This document shows positions 63,656-64,000 of a DNA stretch of 64,000 nt, in pieces (position 1 is the stretch's first letter; each line of letters starts with the position of its first letter). Both the position numbers and the translations under genes were made by a program. This stretch comes from Mytilus californianus (lineage: Eukaryota). Location: positions 85,622,001 to 85,686,000 of the forward strand of contig NW_026262668.1 in NCBI RefSeq assembly GCF_021869535.1, read 5' to 3'. The notes beneath the pieces were generated by a model. That model ran no database searches and had not been told where the DNA came from. It was given only the letters and a program-made list of their open reading frames with translations.

Positions 63656-64000
63656 GATAAGCTCCAGGATCGTTATTACTTTTTCTTTCTTTGGTAAGCT
63701 TAAGGACCGTAAATACCTTTTTGTTTTTATATTAGCTCCAGTGTTTTTATCACTTTTTCATTTTTTTCGTAAGCTCAAGGACCTTAATCACATCCAGGGC
63801 CGTAACTACATTGAAGCAAATGCCTCATGTTGGAAATTAAAAAAAAAATTAATAAGTTGAAACAAAAGCTTGTCTTCATATCAAATTGTTTTCACGGCAA
63901 GCGTCTTGCAAGAAGCAAGTTTTGTTCACCCTCTGACGTCGCCCCTGTTTTTTTCGAGATCCATGTTTCTCATTTATTTTTAGTTTTCAGTGTTGATTGT

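Overview
This is AT-rich animal genomic DNA with spliceosomal GT-AG introns. The repeat families and gene content point to a bivalve mollusc, probably a Mytilus mussel (inference). The first ~36 kb holds four host genes reconstructed by hand from splice sites and reading phase: (1) a neuropeptide F/Y precursor exon (minus, remainder beyond the window start); (2) a two-exon RING-less B-box/coiled-coil/NHL TRIM-like gene (plus, 644 aa); (3) the last two coding exons of an EF-hand calmodulin-like gene (minus); and (4) a complete 10-exon, 343-aa secreted polyhydroxybutyrate (PHB/PHA) depolymerase-like gene (minus, 35894->23881) with an intact Ser-Asp-His triad, which the ORF track only shows in fragments. 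Introns and intergenic DNA carry Penelope-like retroelement relics (some with hammerhead-ribozyme remnants), tRNA-derived SINEs, a CR1/L2-type LINE fragment, a foldback MITE, a TTAA-flanked element and perfect palindromes. From ~46.8 kb onward the window has no recognisable host gene and is dominated by three families of Helentron-associated non-autonomous elements (HINEs), whose internal satellite arrays each form trimeric higher-order repeats. No CRISPR, rRNA or true tRNA gene was found. All coordinates and comparisons were made by eye; no database search was run.
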